From NCBI GenBank assembly GCA_964016885.1, contig OZ024742.1, forward strand, positions 130,820,001 to 130,884,000: 64,000 nt of DNA. Direction: 5' to 3'. Each line of letters begins with the position of its first letter. The stretch's first letter is position 1. This DNA comes from Eledone cirrhosa. Taxonomy: Eukaryota. This document shows, one piece after another, positions 14,054 through 27,053 of this stretch. Below the pieces are notes generated by a model that was given only the letters and a program-made list of their open reading frames with translations, did no database searches and was not told where the DNA came from. Both the position numbers and the translations under genes were made by a program.

Positions 14054-14169
14054 ATATATATACAAACACGCACACGCATACACACAAAAATGTCCATATA
14101 CATATGCTACGAAACCAACAGCAACACATCCAGCACCAGAGAACTACCAACGAAACTACAAACAAACAA

Positions 14170-14335
14170 ACAACACATATTGTTCTATCTGTGTTGTTAA
14201 CATCTAAAGAATTGGAATTATTAAACTATGGACCTAAATTCATCGTAGGGCAAGGTTACACCGAAAAATTAAGGCCTATTATAGAGGCCAACTTCTGTAG
14301 AACAGCAGACCAGTTAAAGTGGCTGACAACTCTAA
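14170..14335 (+). mobile_element. Possible PLE N-terminal ORF remnant
   Basis: LTSKELELLNYGPKF resembles the L...E..LL.KG.KF N-terminal motif of Penelope-like RTs; too short to be sure. Confidence 0.3.
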
Positions 14336-14650
14336 CATCCATGCCTGCCACTACTACAGATGTCATCACTACTACAAGAAACATCACCAACAACAAAGCC
14401 ACCACCACCACTATCAGCATCACCACCACCACCAACAACAACAATAGCAATTAAGCTATAACATGTAGACATAGAATTTTATGTGACGCCAGGGAGAAGG
14501 CATTGTAATTTAGCACGAGAGTCTCATGAAATACAAAGATAAGAAAAGGAAAAGGGCAAAAAGAAAGTAAAATATTGTGTTTAATGCAAATCTTTGACAT
14601 CATTGCGGTGGGAGGGGGAGAGAAAACATGTACGTCAAAGATTAGTAATA

Positions 14651-14840
14651 ATAATTGTTTCTACTTTTGGAACAAGGCCAGCAAAAACCCAATATTACTG
14701 GTACTTTATTTTATCGACCCCGTAAGGATGAAAGGCAAAGTTAACCTAGGCGGGATTTGAACTCAGAATAGCAAGGGCCGTAAATCTATGCGTCAAAGCA
14801 TGGCGTCCGACCCTCTACCGATACTGCCAATCCACCGCCT
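14651..14840 (-). mobile_element. tRNA-derived SINE, full head
   Basis: Minus strand has ggcggtggattggcagtatcggtagag (A-box) and gagttcaaatccc (B-box). Confidence 0.85.
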
Positions 14841-15026
14841 TTAGATTAGTAATAATAATATTAGAAAAATTAACAAAAAGAAGACAAGAAACCGAAAGAA
14901 AACATATATTGCCTGAGTCTATGGTTGTAATCACCAAAAAAAAAAGAGCTCTTAATATGTAACCACAGAGGTACACATAGGAGAAAACATATCGCTAGAT
15001 ATACAAAAACATATAACTCATACACA

Positions 15027-15162
<136 letters not shown>

Positions 15163-16254
15163 GAAGTGGTTACACAACAGTTAGTTCACCATACCGAGAA
15201 CAATTGTTTCACCTTAGCGGATCCTCTGCTCGTAATGGACATGGTTATACGGAGCAGGAAGGACAACCGTACGAACGCGCATGCGCAGAAACGATCACTT
15301 CACACAGGCAATACTAAATTGCGTCGGAGTGGTGTAAGGGAGATAACTGCGAAAGTCCGAAAGTTTCTAGTTGATAAGAAAATTAGGATGTTGTTGTAAT
15401 TCAACCCGGAGCTTTGTAGTTATGTAAGAGGTGTTTCCAGACGTGTGGACAACATGTGAAGAATTCATTTCTCGTGTTTAGACAATCACTATTGCGTAAT
15501 CTCTAGAATATTTATTCGTTCATCAATACATAGTCCACACGACGGATTGCCCCTTGCGTATGGCTTGGACTTAGTGATGGCTTTCCATTGGATGGAGTAG
15601 TCTATACTTGAGTCCTTGAGAGACCATACGTGGCTCGTGAGTTTTGTGGATGAACGGCTGTCCGGGTACCTAAAAGTCGACTGGTGGTTCAGGAAGCGTT
15701 CCTTAAATCGGCCCTCCGCCGTACCCACATAGGATTTGACCTCCTGTGGTTGATTTAGTCGGTTGGAAGTGACCACAGCTTCATAAATTACAGCGGGTGT
15801 GTTGTATTGCTGTTGTAGGGAACAAGCTTCAGGCTTACGACAAGAGCACCCTGGTGGGGTGTTGCTCTTAGGGCTGTTGGTGATGTGGGCTTTCATGTTC
15901 TTAGCGCAGGAGTATCCTAGTTTTACTTTGTGTCGGTTAAAGATGGAGCGGTATTTATGACCTATGGGAAAGTGTCTTTGTAAGAGGGCTAGACATTTTT
16001 TGCCTACATTGGTTTTAACGTTGAGTGAGAAGGGAGGGGAGAACCAGATAGTTTGTCTATTGTTACGCATGCGCGTTCGTACGGTTGTCCTCCCTGTTCC
16101 GTATAACCATGTCCATTACGAGCTGAGGATCCGCTAAGGTGAAACAATTATTCTCGGTATGGTGAACTAACTGTTGTGTGACCACTTCTACCTAACTCGT
16201 CCATGGACTGACTGAGTGCTCTACCACTACGAATATTACCTTCCAGTGTTCTAC

Positions 16255-16260
<6 letters not shown>
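15163..16260 (-). mobile_element. Penelope-like element, 5'-truncated (GIY-YIG endonuclease, probably Naiad-like), with inverted pLTR
   Basis: ORF 15489-16070: IWFSPPFSLNVKTN, AVIYEA..KSYVGTAEGRFKERF.NH, CGLC. 15163-15283 is inverted relative to 16066-16188, and both copies carry hammerhead motifs. Confidence 0.85.
16119..16156 (+). ncRNA. Minimal type I hammerhead motif in pLTR (stem III mutated); inverted partner at 15195-15232 has a mutated core
   Basis: CGAG CTGAGGA T CC gctaa GG T GAAA caatta TT CTCG; the partner copy has palindromic ACAATTGT but CAGAGGA. Confidence 0.55.
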
Positions 16261-16297
<37 letters not shown>

Positions 16298-16300
<3 letters not shown>

Positions 16301-16495
16301 AAAAAAATCGAAAATGCAACTGGAGTCTTATTTAAAAAAATATATATATTTATTTGGTTCCTTTACCGGTTTCGCAGTTCTGCTTTTCAAAAGTAGAGTT
16401 GCATTTTCGATTTCATCTTTTTTTCTTTATACTTTCACTCGTGTAGGACACCTCGGCTATTTTTCATTTTGTAAAAAAAACTTCACTTTCTAATA
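16298..16495 (-). mobile_element. Solo pLTR remnant of the PLE family at 53.2-55.4 kb, with a U3/A8 hammerhead variant at 16361-16393
   Basis: Shares aaatcgaaaatgcaactggagtc...tatttggttcctttacc with 53210-53265; internal inverted copy agttgcattttcgattt; flanked by (TA)n. Confidence 0.6.
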
Positions 16496-16633
16496 ATATA
16501 TATATATATATATATATATAAATGTAATCTGCGTTTTTAGAATATTAATAATAACATTCGATTTGTTTGCAATTATGCAAACAGCCTCTTTTTTAAAGCC
16601 ATGTTAGTAGAATGAGGCCACATTAAAAAAAAA

Positions 16634-16666
<33 letters not shown>

Positions 16667-16671
16667 TTTAT

Positions 16672-18228
16672 TTTCTTTCATTATTGTTTCTGAGATATAT
16701 GCCGAGTGTCTTCCTGACACCTAGGGCAAATAAATTCCCAGTGTGCATTGGTAAGTCAGTTAATACAGCACATTGATTATAATAAAAAAAAACAGTATAC
16801 ATATATACACATGTGCATATGCATATGTAAATACAAGGAGGGATATCAATCTTAGAGAGATAGCGCTCTTCTCAATACGTGTGCAGTACCTGTCAAAACA
16901 ATTTTTTGCACCTCGTGCAGAGAGGGTAAACCAGGAATCATTCGCAAATATTGTTCTGTTCCTTTCTTGATCATTCCCAGTCCTCCCACAATCACTGGTA
17001 TTTAATGGCCTTGAGGCAACACATTTTCTCAATTTCAATAAGCAGATCTTTATATTTTCGTAGCTTGTCAAATTCTTTTGTCGCGATATTGTGATCACAT
17101 GGGATGCTCATATCTATCAATAAACAGACCTTGTTATGTTGATCTTTTACAATGATGTCAGGTCTATTTGCTTTGATTGTCCTGTCAGTATGTACAGGAA
17201 AGTCCCAGAGAATTTTTACTTTTTCTCCTTCAGTTACAGCCTCAGGGTGATGATTGTACCACTTGTCCTCAACTTTGATTTTGTAATGCCGACATATTAG
17301 CCAGTGTAGATATTGGCCAACACTGTCATGTCTATATTTGTATTCTACTGGTGCTAAAACTTTACATCCAGAGACTAAGAGATCCACTGTTGCAGAATCG
17401 GCACTTTGAGTTTATTCCGTTTCTCATCACATTGGCCTGGTAATTACGAGTCAATAAGCTTTGATCTTGGGCAGCTAAGATGAAGCCTTCACTCTCCGCC
17501 TTTATCCCTGAAATACGTAGCCACTGATGGGTGTGCTTTTGGTCAATATCAGCTTGTTTGCTTGCTACGGGCCACATATTTGCCATGCAGAGGTTTCTTC
17601 TCCCAATTTGATGCTAATTGTCCTTGCCCTTTTGCTTTTGCCAGTGATTTTATGTGCCTAGCAGCATCAGTTGCAACAGTTTCTTTAGTCTGTCCAGCCT
17701 GGGTATCAAGCATGAGATCAGTAGCATATTTCTTGCTCTCCTTCAAGATAGAATGAAGGTTCTTACTTCTCTCATGCTTTTTAACAAGTTTCAGCATACA
17801 GTAGTTAGTTGTTTCAAGGTATTTGGCCAGTCCAATGATGGTGGTCTTGCAAGCCAGTTGAAATTGGATCAGGCCACGGTCTCCTTGAGTTCTAGGAAGG
17901 TAAAGACGATCCACATCTGCTTTTGGGTGGTGCATCCTATTACAGGTCAGTAGCTTACGGACTTTGGTGTCGATTCTTTTGATTTCACTCATATTCCAGT
18001 TCAACACACCGAAGCTATAAGTGACAACTGGGATTGCCAAGGAATTTATGGCTAACACCTTGTTACGAGCGTTTAGTTCTGATCTCAGAACTGCACGTAC
18101 TCTCCTGTAACATTATTTCCTTATCCTCTCTTTCATACTTGCATGCTGTATGCCAGATCCCTCATTAATCCCTAACTATTTATAGGTTTGTTCCTGCTCA
18201 AGTTCCTTTATGATTGTTTCAGCATCCA
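16672..18228 (-). mobile_element. R4/Dong-clade LINE 3' portion (RT thumb plus RLE endonuclease), frameshifted
   Basis: AINSLAIPVVTYSFG, HHPKADVDRLYLPR, AAQDQSL, RHD, WDFPVHTDRTIKANRPDI and LIDMSIP motifs; 3' end abuts (TAA)n at ~16635-16670. Confidence 0.88.
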
Positions 18229-18383
18229 GGATTGGCAGTATCGGTAGAGGGTCGGACGCCATGCTCTGAGTTCAAATCCCGCCGAGGTTAACTTTGCCTT
18301 TCATCCTTACAGGGTCGATAAAATAAAGTACCAGTAATGCACTGAGTAATTGCTGGCCCTGTGCCAAAAGTAGAAACAATTAT
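18229..18383 (+). mobile_element. tRNA-derived SINE with an internal deletion
   Basis: ggattggcagtatcggtagagggtcggacgccatgct joined directly to ctgagttcaaatccc. Confidence 0.8.
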
Positions 18384-18512
18384 TATTATTATTATTATTA
18401 TTATTGTTCTTTGAGTCTCAGTCATTGATGTTAGTTAACTGGAAAGTTTGTTGAAATGAATATCAAGCCACTACCTTCAGCCTCAGATATTCAGATATTA
18501 TTATTATTATTA

Positions 18513-20070
18513 CAGTTGCATTTATCTTGCTTTATGTTCATACGAGTTATCACCAAGTCACAACCAGTGACCTCAAGAGACAACAAGGTCCGCCATGTTC
18601 AAGAAAGAACATACATACTCACACATGCATCTTTAGTGTTTAGACTTGTGATGTACTTATATTGACAGAATCTTCCTTAGTATATGGGCAGTTCCCATTA
18701 GTACTATCTTTTGTATTTCTCCTATACGCGGGTTTCCTGGGATTTGCGATAAGTAGTCGTTAGACCCCTTAGGTATCATTCCCAGAGCGCCTACAACCAC
18801 TGGTATTGTTTTAGTTCTCAATTTCCACATTTTTCCAATTTCTATCTCCACGTCCTTATACTTGCTCAATTTTTCAAATGTTTTTATAGATACATTCTTG
18901 TCTATTGGAACAGACATATCAATTAGCAGGCATACCCTCTTTTTAAAGTCCTTCAATATTATATCAGGTCTATTTGCATCTATTTTTCGGTCTGTTTGGA
19001 TGCTAAAGTTCCACAAGATTGAGATGTGATCTTTTTCAAGTATGGGAGGTGGTTGATGCTCCCACCAATTCTTTTGATGGGGCAGGTCAAAATGCTTACA
19101 CATTATCCAATGTATGTATTGTGCAGCTCTGTCATGCCTGTTTAGGTATTCGGTTGGAGCTATAGGACTGCACATTGAAATTATATGGTCAATGGTCTCT
19201 GGTTGTTTTTTGCATACACGGCATAATGGGCTGCATCCATTTTTTATTATGTTGGCTTGGTAATTTTTTGTTGGCAGACACTGATCTTGTGCTGATATAA
19301 TCAGTCCTTCAGTCTCCGATTTCAGTCCAGAGGATGCCAACCACTGATGGGTTAAGGTTTTGTCAACATCAGGATTGTTAGCTCGCTCTGGGTATTTTCC
19401 ATACAGAGGCTTTTCTTGCCATTTCTTAGCCAGTTTCTGTAGTAGTTCTTTCTTTGCTTTTTTCATTTTCACTCCATATAAGTGAGTGGTGACTTTAGCC
19501 GATGCATAATAGAGATGATTTAAATCAGTAATGTTTAGTTTGTTTGTGATAATAATGTTTTTGAGAATTATGTTAGTCTGTGTATTATCTTTTGGTTCTG
19601 TTTGGAGTTCTGGTTCTTAGGGTGAGTGTCTCGTTACCCCATGTCAGATTCTTTCATTTTCATCCATTCGATCATAATTTTATCCTTCAAGTTGGCAAAT
19701 TCATTCTCATTCATTTCTTTATCATTTACGATCTCATTGTTTTCATTTTGAGTTTCATCTTGAGCATGCACTCCCTCCACTTTTTCGATCCTTTCTTTAA
19801 TTTGTTCTGTTGTCAGTGATTCCGCCCCAACCCTGGGATTCGAAGTGTTACAATTTACCTCGTTTTCACTGACACATGTTTCATTTTCCCTTCGTTGACT
19901 TTGTGCTAATAGCTTGATCTGATCAATTTCTATATCAGTTAGTAACTTTTTTTTCACAATATTTCTTCGTATATTGGCTAGTTTGTTACTGTCAATATAG
20001 CTTCTGTTTTCGGGATGTTTCTTTTTCCAGTTGATATATGTGGATATATGTCTGTTCTGTATTCGATCTA
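18513..20070 (-). mobile_element. Dong-like LINE, internally deleted (N-terminal region joined to the RLE endonuclease, no RT)
   Basis: ORF 18657-19472 has SAQDQ, CRVC..ETIDHIISMC, RHD, RPDI and LIDMSVP. Upstream in frame reads NITDLNHLYYASAKV, and further up are KLANIRRNIVKKKLLTDIEI. (TAA)n lies on both sides. Confidence 0.8.
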
Positions 20071-20090
20071 TTATTATTATTATTATTATT

Positions 20091-23000
20091 GGCGACCTAC
20101 GTAGTAAATCGTATCATCGTGAACTCCGCAAAGGTTTGTTATTTTCAGTTGTTTAAAATTGCCATTCATGGAAAATTTTTATTGTTAACTGTATATAAGT
20201 GTACATACATTGATATCTGAAAAGAACACCCAAAAAGATTGGGGCCTTGAGCCCAAAATTTAAACTTTTATAATTATCAAACAAAAATATTTCTTTGAAA
20301 AATCATGCCTGACTCAGAGTCACTCCTTTCTCACAAACTAACACCTCACACCGACACCACCATTGTAAATATTACTACGTTTGCCAACACTAAAAATATA
20401 AGCAGTAGCAATATTTTAAATTTGTCTCAGGCAGACATTCATTTCCCGCCATTACTAATGACTGCAGGTGTTAAAGCCCCCCCCCCCCCCCACTACCGCG
20501 ACCCCCCCCCACCACCACCACCGCGACAACAGAAACAAAAGAAAAAAATAAATTAACTCATGATATCGAAATGAATTCAACCAAAATGAACTCTTCCACA
20601 CCGAACACCAATAAAGCCATCACCACCACAACTAAAACTAAAATTAATAATAACAAAAATAACGATAACAACAACAGCAACAATGACGTTAAGAAAATCA
20701 ACCTCAGTTTTGCTAGAGTAGCAAAACAGTGCGAAGCATTTCAGGTAACTCAGGAGGAATTAGAAGAAGCCCAAAAAATGGTAAAGCAAGATGGGTACAG
20801 GGTCAGCCTCACCCCCACCTAATAAAATGGAGCATTGGCGCCTATGCACCGTGTCTTATCGAACAATTAATATAAAATCGCGCCGAGTGGAACGGGCATC
20901 CGAATCCCAAATCCAAAAAGCTTTGGGACATGTGTGGGCAAAAAAACCCCACATCAGACGTGGGCAGAAGTATGGAACCGTGGACGTGTTTTTGAAACAC
21001 CACAGGGGGCTAGAGAACACTCCATGGCCCCATTAAGAAGTGACGACTTCACACTCGTCCCAAGCTGTTGTGGCCAGAGACTCGTAATAATCGAAATAGC
21101 GAAAGAAAAGCAGGAGAACTGGTCCGGATCTGGGATGGAGCTCCTGATCCAAGCGGATCAAAAAAGGATTGAGGAGATCCCAGTGGTAATAGACCTCACT
21201 GACGGCAGCCACCTCACCGTAATTGTCGAGGACAGAAGGCCTAGGTGTCTCGTTTGTGGTGAAGGAACCCACCTAAGGGCTTTCTGCCCTCAGGCTAAAA
21301 GGTTGAGGCCACCTCTCCTACCCACCCCAGCGATTCAACCATCAACACCACCAGCAGCAGAGATGGCAGCAACAACTGTAGCAGCAACAACAGAAGCAAC
21401 TGTAACAGCAACAACCCCAGCAACAGTAGCAAAACCAACACCACCACCACCCAACACGCCAGAAGTAGCACCAGCGCCTACACCATCCACCACGCCACAA
21501 CCAAAACTAACGCCTGTGGAGGATTTTCCACTCCCCGGCCTATCACAACTGGAGACAGACGAGGAGTGGGAAACGGTATCAAGAAAAAAGAAAAAAGGAA
21601 ACCAAAAAAGAAAAAAATTCCCTTCCTTCCCCCTCCAAAAACAAAATACAGAGGGAAACAAATAAACTATCAAACAAAAAAGTTAGGACAGATATGCCAC
21701 CATCCACACCAGCATCACCAACCGCATCACCCCAAACACGAACACCATCACCATCATTAACCCCAACACCACCATCACCTACACCACAAAAGTCACCAAA
21801 AAGCGAAACAGAAACAAACCCACACCACCTCACACATACAAATCACTCGCATCACACAGAAAACGTACATAACACTAAAACAAAAATTCCCCAGAGACAT
21901 CGGAGACTTCCGACAAGCACTCTCCAGGAGGATTCATAAGGACATCCTTCCTGAGGAGGCCACAAGCAGTGAAAAGAATGGAGAAACCGTCCTTCCTCTA
22001 CGAGAAGTAAGGTAAGTGGTCTTTCCCATCTTTTCCACTCCATTTCAACATGACCTCACTCAGAATAGGCAGCATAAATGCGCGTAGCTTGAGGTCGTCA
22101 TAGAAGCAGGGCCAGCTGCTCAACGACCTCAGGTCACTAAACATAGATGTAGTGGCCATCAGCGAGACCAGAATCTCCGAAGCACGGGCCTTCGCACCGA
22201 TCTTCGGCGGCTACGATGTGTACGCATCTCCCAGCCGTCCGGGATCGGGGGAAGGAGTTGCTGTGCTTTTTCGGAGAAGTTTGGATCTCGCCATACAGGC
22301 CATCTTCCTGGACACAGAAGGTAAGTTGGTGGTGCTGGACGTGACCAGCGGAGACGGGCAAGCTTTTAGGCTAGTGGCCGTCTATCCCCTGACAGGAGCA
22401 GGGCGGCCTGATTTCTTCCGGCGTCTGGAGACCTTTCTTGGAACGTCCCGCTCTTTAGTGTTAGTGGGCGACTGGAACGGGATCTTAGATGCGCGCTGGG
22501 ACTGTGTGGGATTAGCGGATAGGGGAGGAGGGTGCAAGAGCCTCACCAACCTACTCAGGCGTTTTGAACTGTCTGACAGGTACCGATTGGATTTCCAGAA
22601 TGTGCCAATGTGGACTTGGACAAATCGCATAGGGTCATCCAGATCATATCTAGATAGAGTATTTTGTAGAGAAATAGATAGGTCTAGCATAGGCTGTTCA
22701 CAATTCAAGATAGTCAGCTACACGGACCACAAATTCGTGATCTGTGTGCTTGACTAGATAGGCTTCATAGACGAGGACCCGGCTACTGGAAGCTAAACGC
22801 GTCCTTACCAGCGCGCAAGGCCTACAGAGACCGGATTAGCGAACTAGTTAAGCGGGAGTTGACGGGGGACATCGTCAACAACAAGTGGTGGTTTTCTCTG
22901 AAAAGAGCAATTAGAATAGAGTCCATTAGGTTATGTAAGGTTTTAGCAATAGAGAAAAATACAGCAGAGGGAGAATTAGTTAGAAAATTAGACGAGGCGC

Positions 23001-25654
23001 TTAGCAAGGCATCGCGGCCGACGTACTTGCGGCGAAAGTGGCCTTTGACCAATTCTTCAATGCAATGCACGAAGGTCGCGTTGACAGAGCTAGGGCGCGT
23101 GCTCTCAGACACGAGGGGACGAAAGCCGTTCAATGGGCCCGAGTGGCGGAGGCGTGTCGTGGCAACAAAGCCACCTTCCGGTCTTTGATTGACCACGACG
23201 GGAGCATGCTACACGATCCCGGGCAAATGTGTGAAGCTTTTCAGCGACACTTCGCACAGCTGTTCGGGGGCAGCGGCGGGCCGGATCGAGGGATGGACTT
23301 TAGTGTCTACCTCGACGGACTGCCACGGCTCTCGGCCACTGAGGCAGAGTGTTGCGAAAAGCCGATAACAGCCGCTGAAGTACGGCAGGCAATGTCTGGC
23401 TGCACAAGGGGTAAATAGCCTGGTTTGGATGGTCTGCCCTATGAACTTTACGTACAGATGGCAGACTTATTCGGAGGCCTCTTGGCAGACGTCTACTGCA
23501 ACTGGCAACAGAACGGGAGAATTCCCAGCTCTGTGAGCCAAGGACGCTGCTGAGAAAGGATCCGAACAAGGGGGATAACATAGATAATTTCAGGCCCATA
23601 ACTCTGCTAAACACAGAGTTCAAGATTTTGGCCAAGGTGCTAGCAAAGAGGTTGGCGCTTGTCGTTGGTGGTCTAGTGGGAGAGGCGCAGACGTGCACCA
23701 TTCCCGACAGATCCATCCACGACAACCTCCACCTCATGCGATACATCGTAGAGAGGGTAGCTAGGGTACCTGCCACGGGTAGTTCCTTGATCAATTTAGA
23801 TCAGTCGAAAGCTTTCGATAGGGTCGACCATCGTTACCTAGCGGCAGTCCTGAGGGCGGCTCGCTTTGGGCCCGTCTTCAGAGGCTGGATCGCTGCCATG
23901 CACAGCGACATCTGCTCTGTGGTGAGAGTGAACGGTCACCTTTCGGAACCGTTCAGCATCATGCGCTCGGTCCGCCAAGGATGTCCCCTCTCGTCCCTCT
24001 TGTACGTATTGACTCTCGAGCCATTACTGCACAAACTGGAGACGTTGAGGGTAGTCCCGCGCGAACTAGGATGCGGAAGATCCGTGTCAGCATATGCGGA
24101 CGATGTCACCGTAGTGGTGTCGAACGCCAAACACATCGAGGCGATCGGCACTACACTAAGAGAATACGAAGCGGTGACAGGAGCAGTGATCAACCAGGAA
24201 AAGTAAGTGGGCCTGAAGCTCGGCACCTGGAGAGGCAGGTCCATGCCGTCCAACAGCGTTGTCGGGCGCTGGACGGTAGAACCGGTTAAATTGCTCGGGG
24301 TCTGGTTCGGTCCGGATCTCCAGACGGACAAAAACTTGGACGAGGTGACGAGCAGGGTGGCTTCTCTCACCCAGAAATGGGCGGAGAGGAAGCTATCCCA
24401 GAAAGGTCGTACCTTGTCCTAAGCCCCGCCTGACTGCGCTGGATAGTTTGCTCTTTCGCTTTTTGTGGAAGGGACGAGCTCCGATGGTCAGGCGGTCCAT
24501 CTGCTGTCAACACCCGCTATGTGGAGGGCTGGGATTGCCGTGGCTAATGATGCGCAGACACGCGCTCAGGCTACGACATCTCCACCTCTTCCTCGACGGT
24601 GATCAGGTGTGGTCGCCGTTTGCTAGACGCGTCTTTCCCAAGCTCGTCTCCTTGACGGAGCTGCAGTCCTGGGTCAAGCGAAGACCGAGAGGGAGCGCTT
24701 GGAGACTGGAATGTCTTCAGGCGCTCACAGCCCTCGACCAATCGAGCAATGTGATCGGTGGAAACTCCACCTTGGTGTTCTATAGAGGATTAGTCGAGGG
24801 GAAGAGCGACGACGTACTTGGGGAAACTCTAGGCGTCGACGAAAATCAACTAGCCAATCTCTTCGAAGAACTTTCGGGCCGGGGCCAATGGACAACTTCC
24901 AGAAATCCTTGGCCTGGCAGTGCTACCGAGGAGCTTTGCCAGTTCGGGATAAACTCTACAGGCATGGAGGTGCCGTCAGCCGGGAATGTCCGAGATGCGG
25001 GCAGGGCGACGAAACCGTCCTGTACGCACTCGTCTAGTGTCCGAGCATTGCTGACTTGTGGGTTTATATCGAACACCTGCTGTCGCGTGTAGGACGGATC
25101 CAGCTATCAGCTGAGTCCATCGTGAGGATTGCCCCGCCCTCTTCCTTTAGCCGGGAAGGGCAGGCAGTTTTTATCTCTCTGGTGGCCATGGCGAAAGAGA
25201 TAGTATGGTGGACACGTTTGAAAGGGTTGAAGACGAGCACTTACCTCTTCGGTGATGCCCTGATTAACCTTTTCAAATTTCATTTGAAAAGGAAAATCAG
25301 GGTAGAAAGAGAAGTGCTTTCTTCCCAGCATTTTGTTGAAAGATGGATGAGAGAGGCAAGAATGGCCCCAGTGAATGGGCCTAGTCTGAGTATGTGTCTG
25401 TAAATTAAAGGTGGAAAACTGGGAGAGGGCACTTGGCCTGGTGGTCAGGGTCACTGTGGCTTTTTAATGGGCTTTCTCCACGAATGTCCCTCGCAAGTCT
25501 CCCCCCCCCCATTGGGGAATTTTTTCATTCTTCTATTATTACATCCTCTGTTTCTTTTTTTTAACACGCAGAAATGCCCATTTGTACCGCCCTGTATTCT
25601 CCTGTACTGTCCTTAATGTCTACTTTATGTAAACCCTTGTGGTTAATAAAGAAA
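20091..25654 (+). mobile_element. Near full-length Tx1/L1-clade LINE (~5.56 kb), disrupted, inserted in (TAT)n
   Basis: ORF1 has a CLVCGEGTHLRAFC zinc knuckle. ORF2 starts at ATG 22050 (MTSLRIGSINARSL) and contains ISET, GDWN, YTDHK, AFDRVDH, RQGCPLS and SAYADD; it ends at 25403. The tail aataaagaaa is followed by (TAT)n, and (TAT)n also precedes the 5' end. Confidence 0.92.
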
Positions 25655-25695
<41 letters not shown>

Positions 25696-25696
<1 letters not shown>

Positions 25697-25754
25697 AGTT
25701 GCATTTATCTTGCTTTATGTTCATACGAGTTATCACTAATTCACAACCAGTGAC

Positions 25755-25789
<35 letters not shown>

Positions 25790-25989
25790 AGTTGCATTTA
25801 TCTTGCTTTATGTTCATACGAGTTATCACCAAGTCACAACCAGTGACCTCAAGAGACAACAAGGTCCGCCATGTTCAAGAAAGAACATACATACTCACAC
25901 ATGCATCTTTAGTGTTTAGACTTGTGATGTACTTATATTGACAGAATCTTCCTTAGTATATGGGCAGTTCCCATTAGTACTATCTTTTA

Positions 25990-26073
<84 letters not shown>

Positions 26074-26527
26074 AGTTGCATTTATCTTGCTTTATGTTCA
26101 TACGAGTTATCACCAAGTCACAACCAGTGACCTCAAGAGACAACAAGGTCCGCCATGTTCAAGAAGGAACATACATATTCACACATGCATCTTTAGTGTT
26201 TAGACTTGTGATGTACTTATATTGACAGAATCTTCCTTAGTATATGGGCAGTTCCCATTAGTACTATCTTTTGTATTTCTCCTATACTCGGGTTTCCTGG
26301 GATTTGCGATAAGTAATCATTAGACCCCTTAGGTATCATTCCCAGAGCGCCTACAACCACTGGTATTGTTTTAGTTCTCAATTTCCACATTTTTCCAATT
26401 TCTATCTCCACGTCCTTATACTTGCTCAATTTTTCAAATGTTTTTATAGATACATTCTTGTCTATTGGAACAGACATATCAATTAGCAGGCATACCCTCT
26501 TTTGAAAGTCTTTCAATATTATATCAA
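25696..26527 (-). mobile_element. Three tandem 5'-truncated 3' ends of the Dong family seen at 18.5 kb (~60, ~200 and ~455 bp), separated by (TAA)n
   Basis: Each starts on + with cagttgcatttatcttgctttatgttcatacgag. 26073-26527 is nearly identical to 18513-18967. Confidence 0.9.
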
Positions 26528-27053
26528 GGCAGATTGTTGTTGTTGTGTCTGTGTGTGTATGTTCCATGTTTATACATTTGCACAACTTCAAACCTATTCG
26601 AATCAAAGTCTGTAAGAATGTTGTAAATGGTCTAACTTAGTTCAACGACTATTTAATTCATTCAAACTCACCCACAAATACGGAAATAATCGATAAAACT
26701 AAATACATGACGCTTTACTCCTCTAATACAATCAGATTTACTCTCTCTACTCCCCTTAAAATTCGATAACACTACATACATGCTGCAACTTTCTCTTATA
26801 TACGATTACACTTACAAACTTTAAGAGAGGGAGAGAGAGAGAGAACGTTTGGTTTTGAGTGTGGAACGGTCAAACATTTATTTACTTCAATGACAAAGAG
26901 AACTTATTACATTTCATACGAAACAACAATTATTCAAAAGCAACAGATAAATTTATTCAACAACAAAAAAAAATAGCGATAAATCTTTTTTAAAACATCT
27001 ATCAACGAACGTGGAAGAGAGAAGTATCAGTTCATTTACTATACACAATAATA

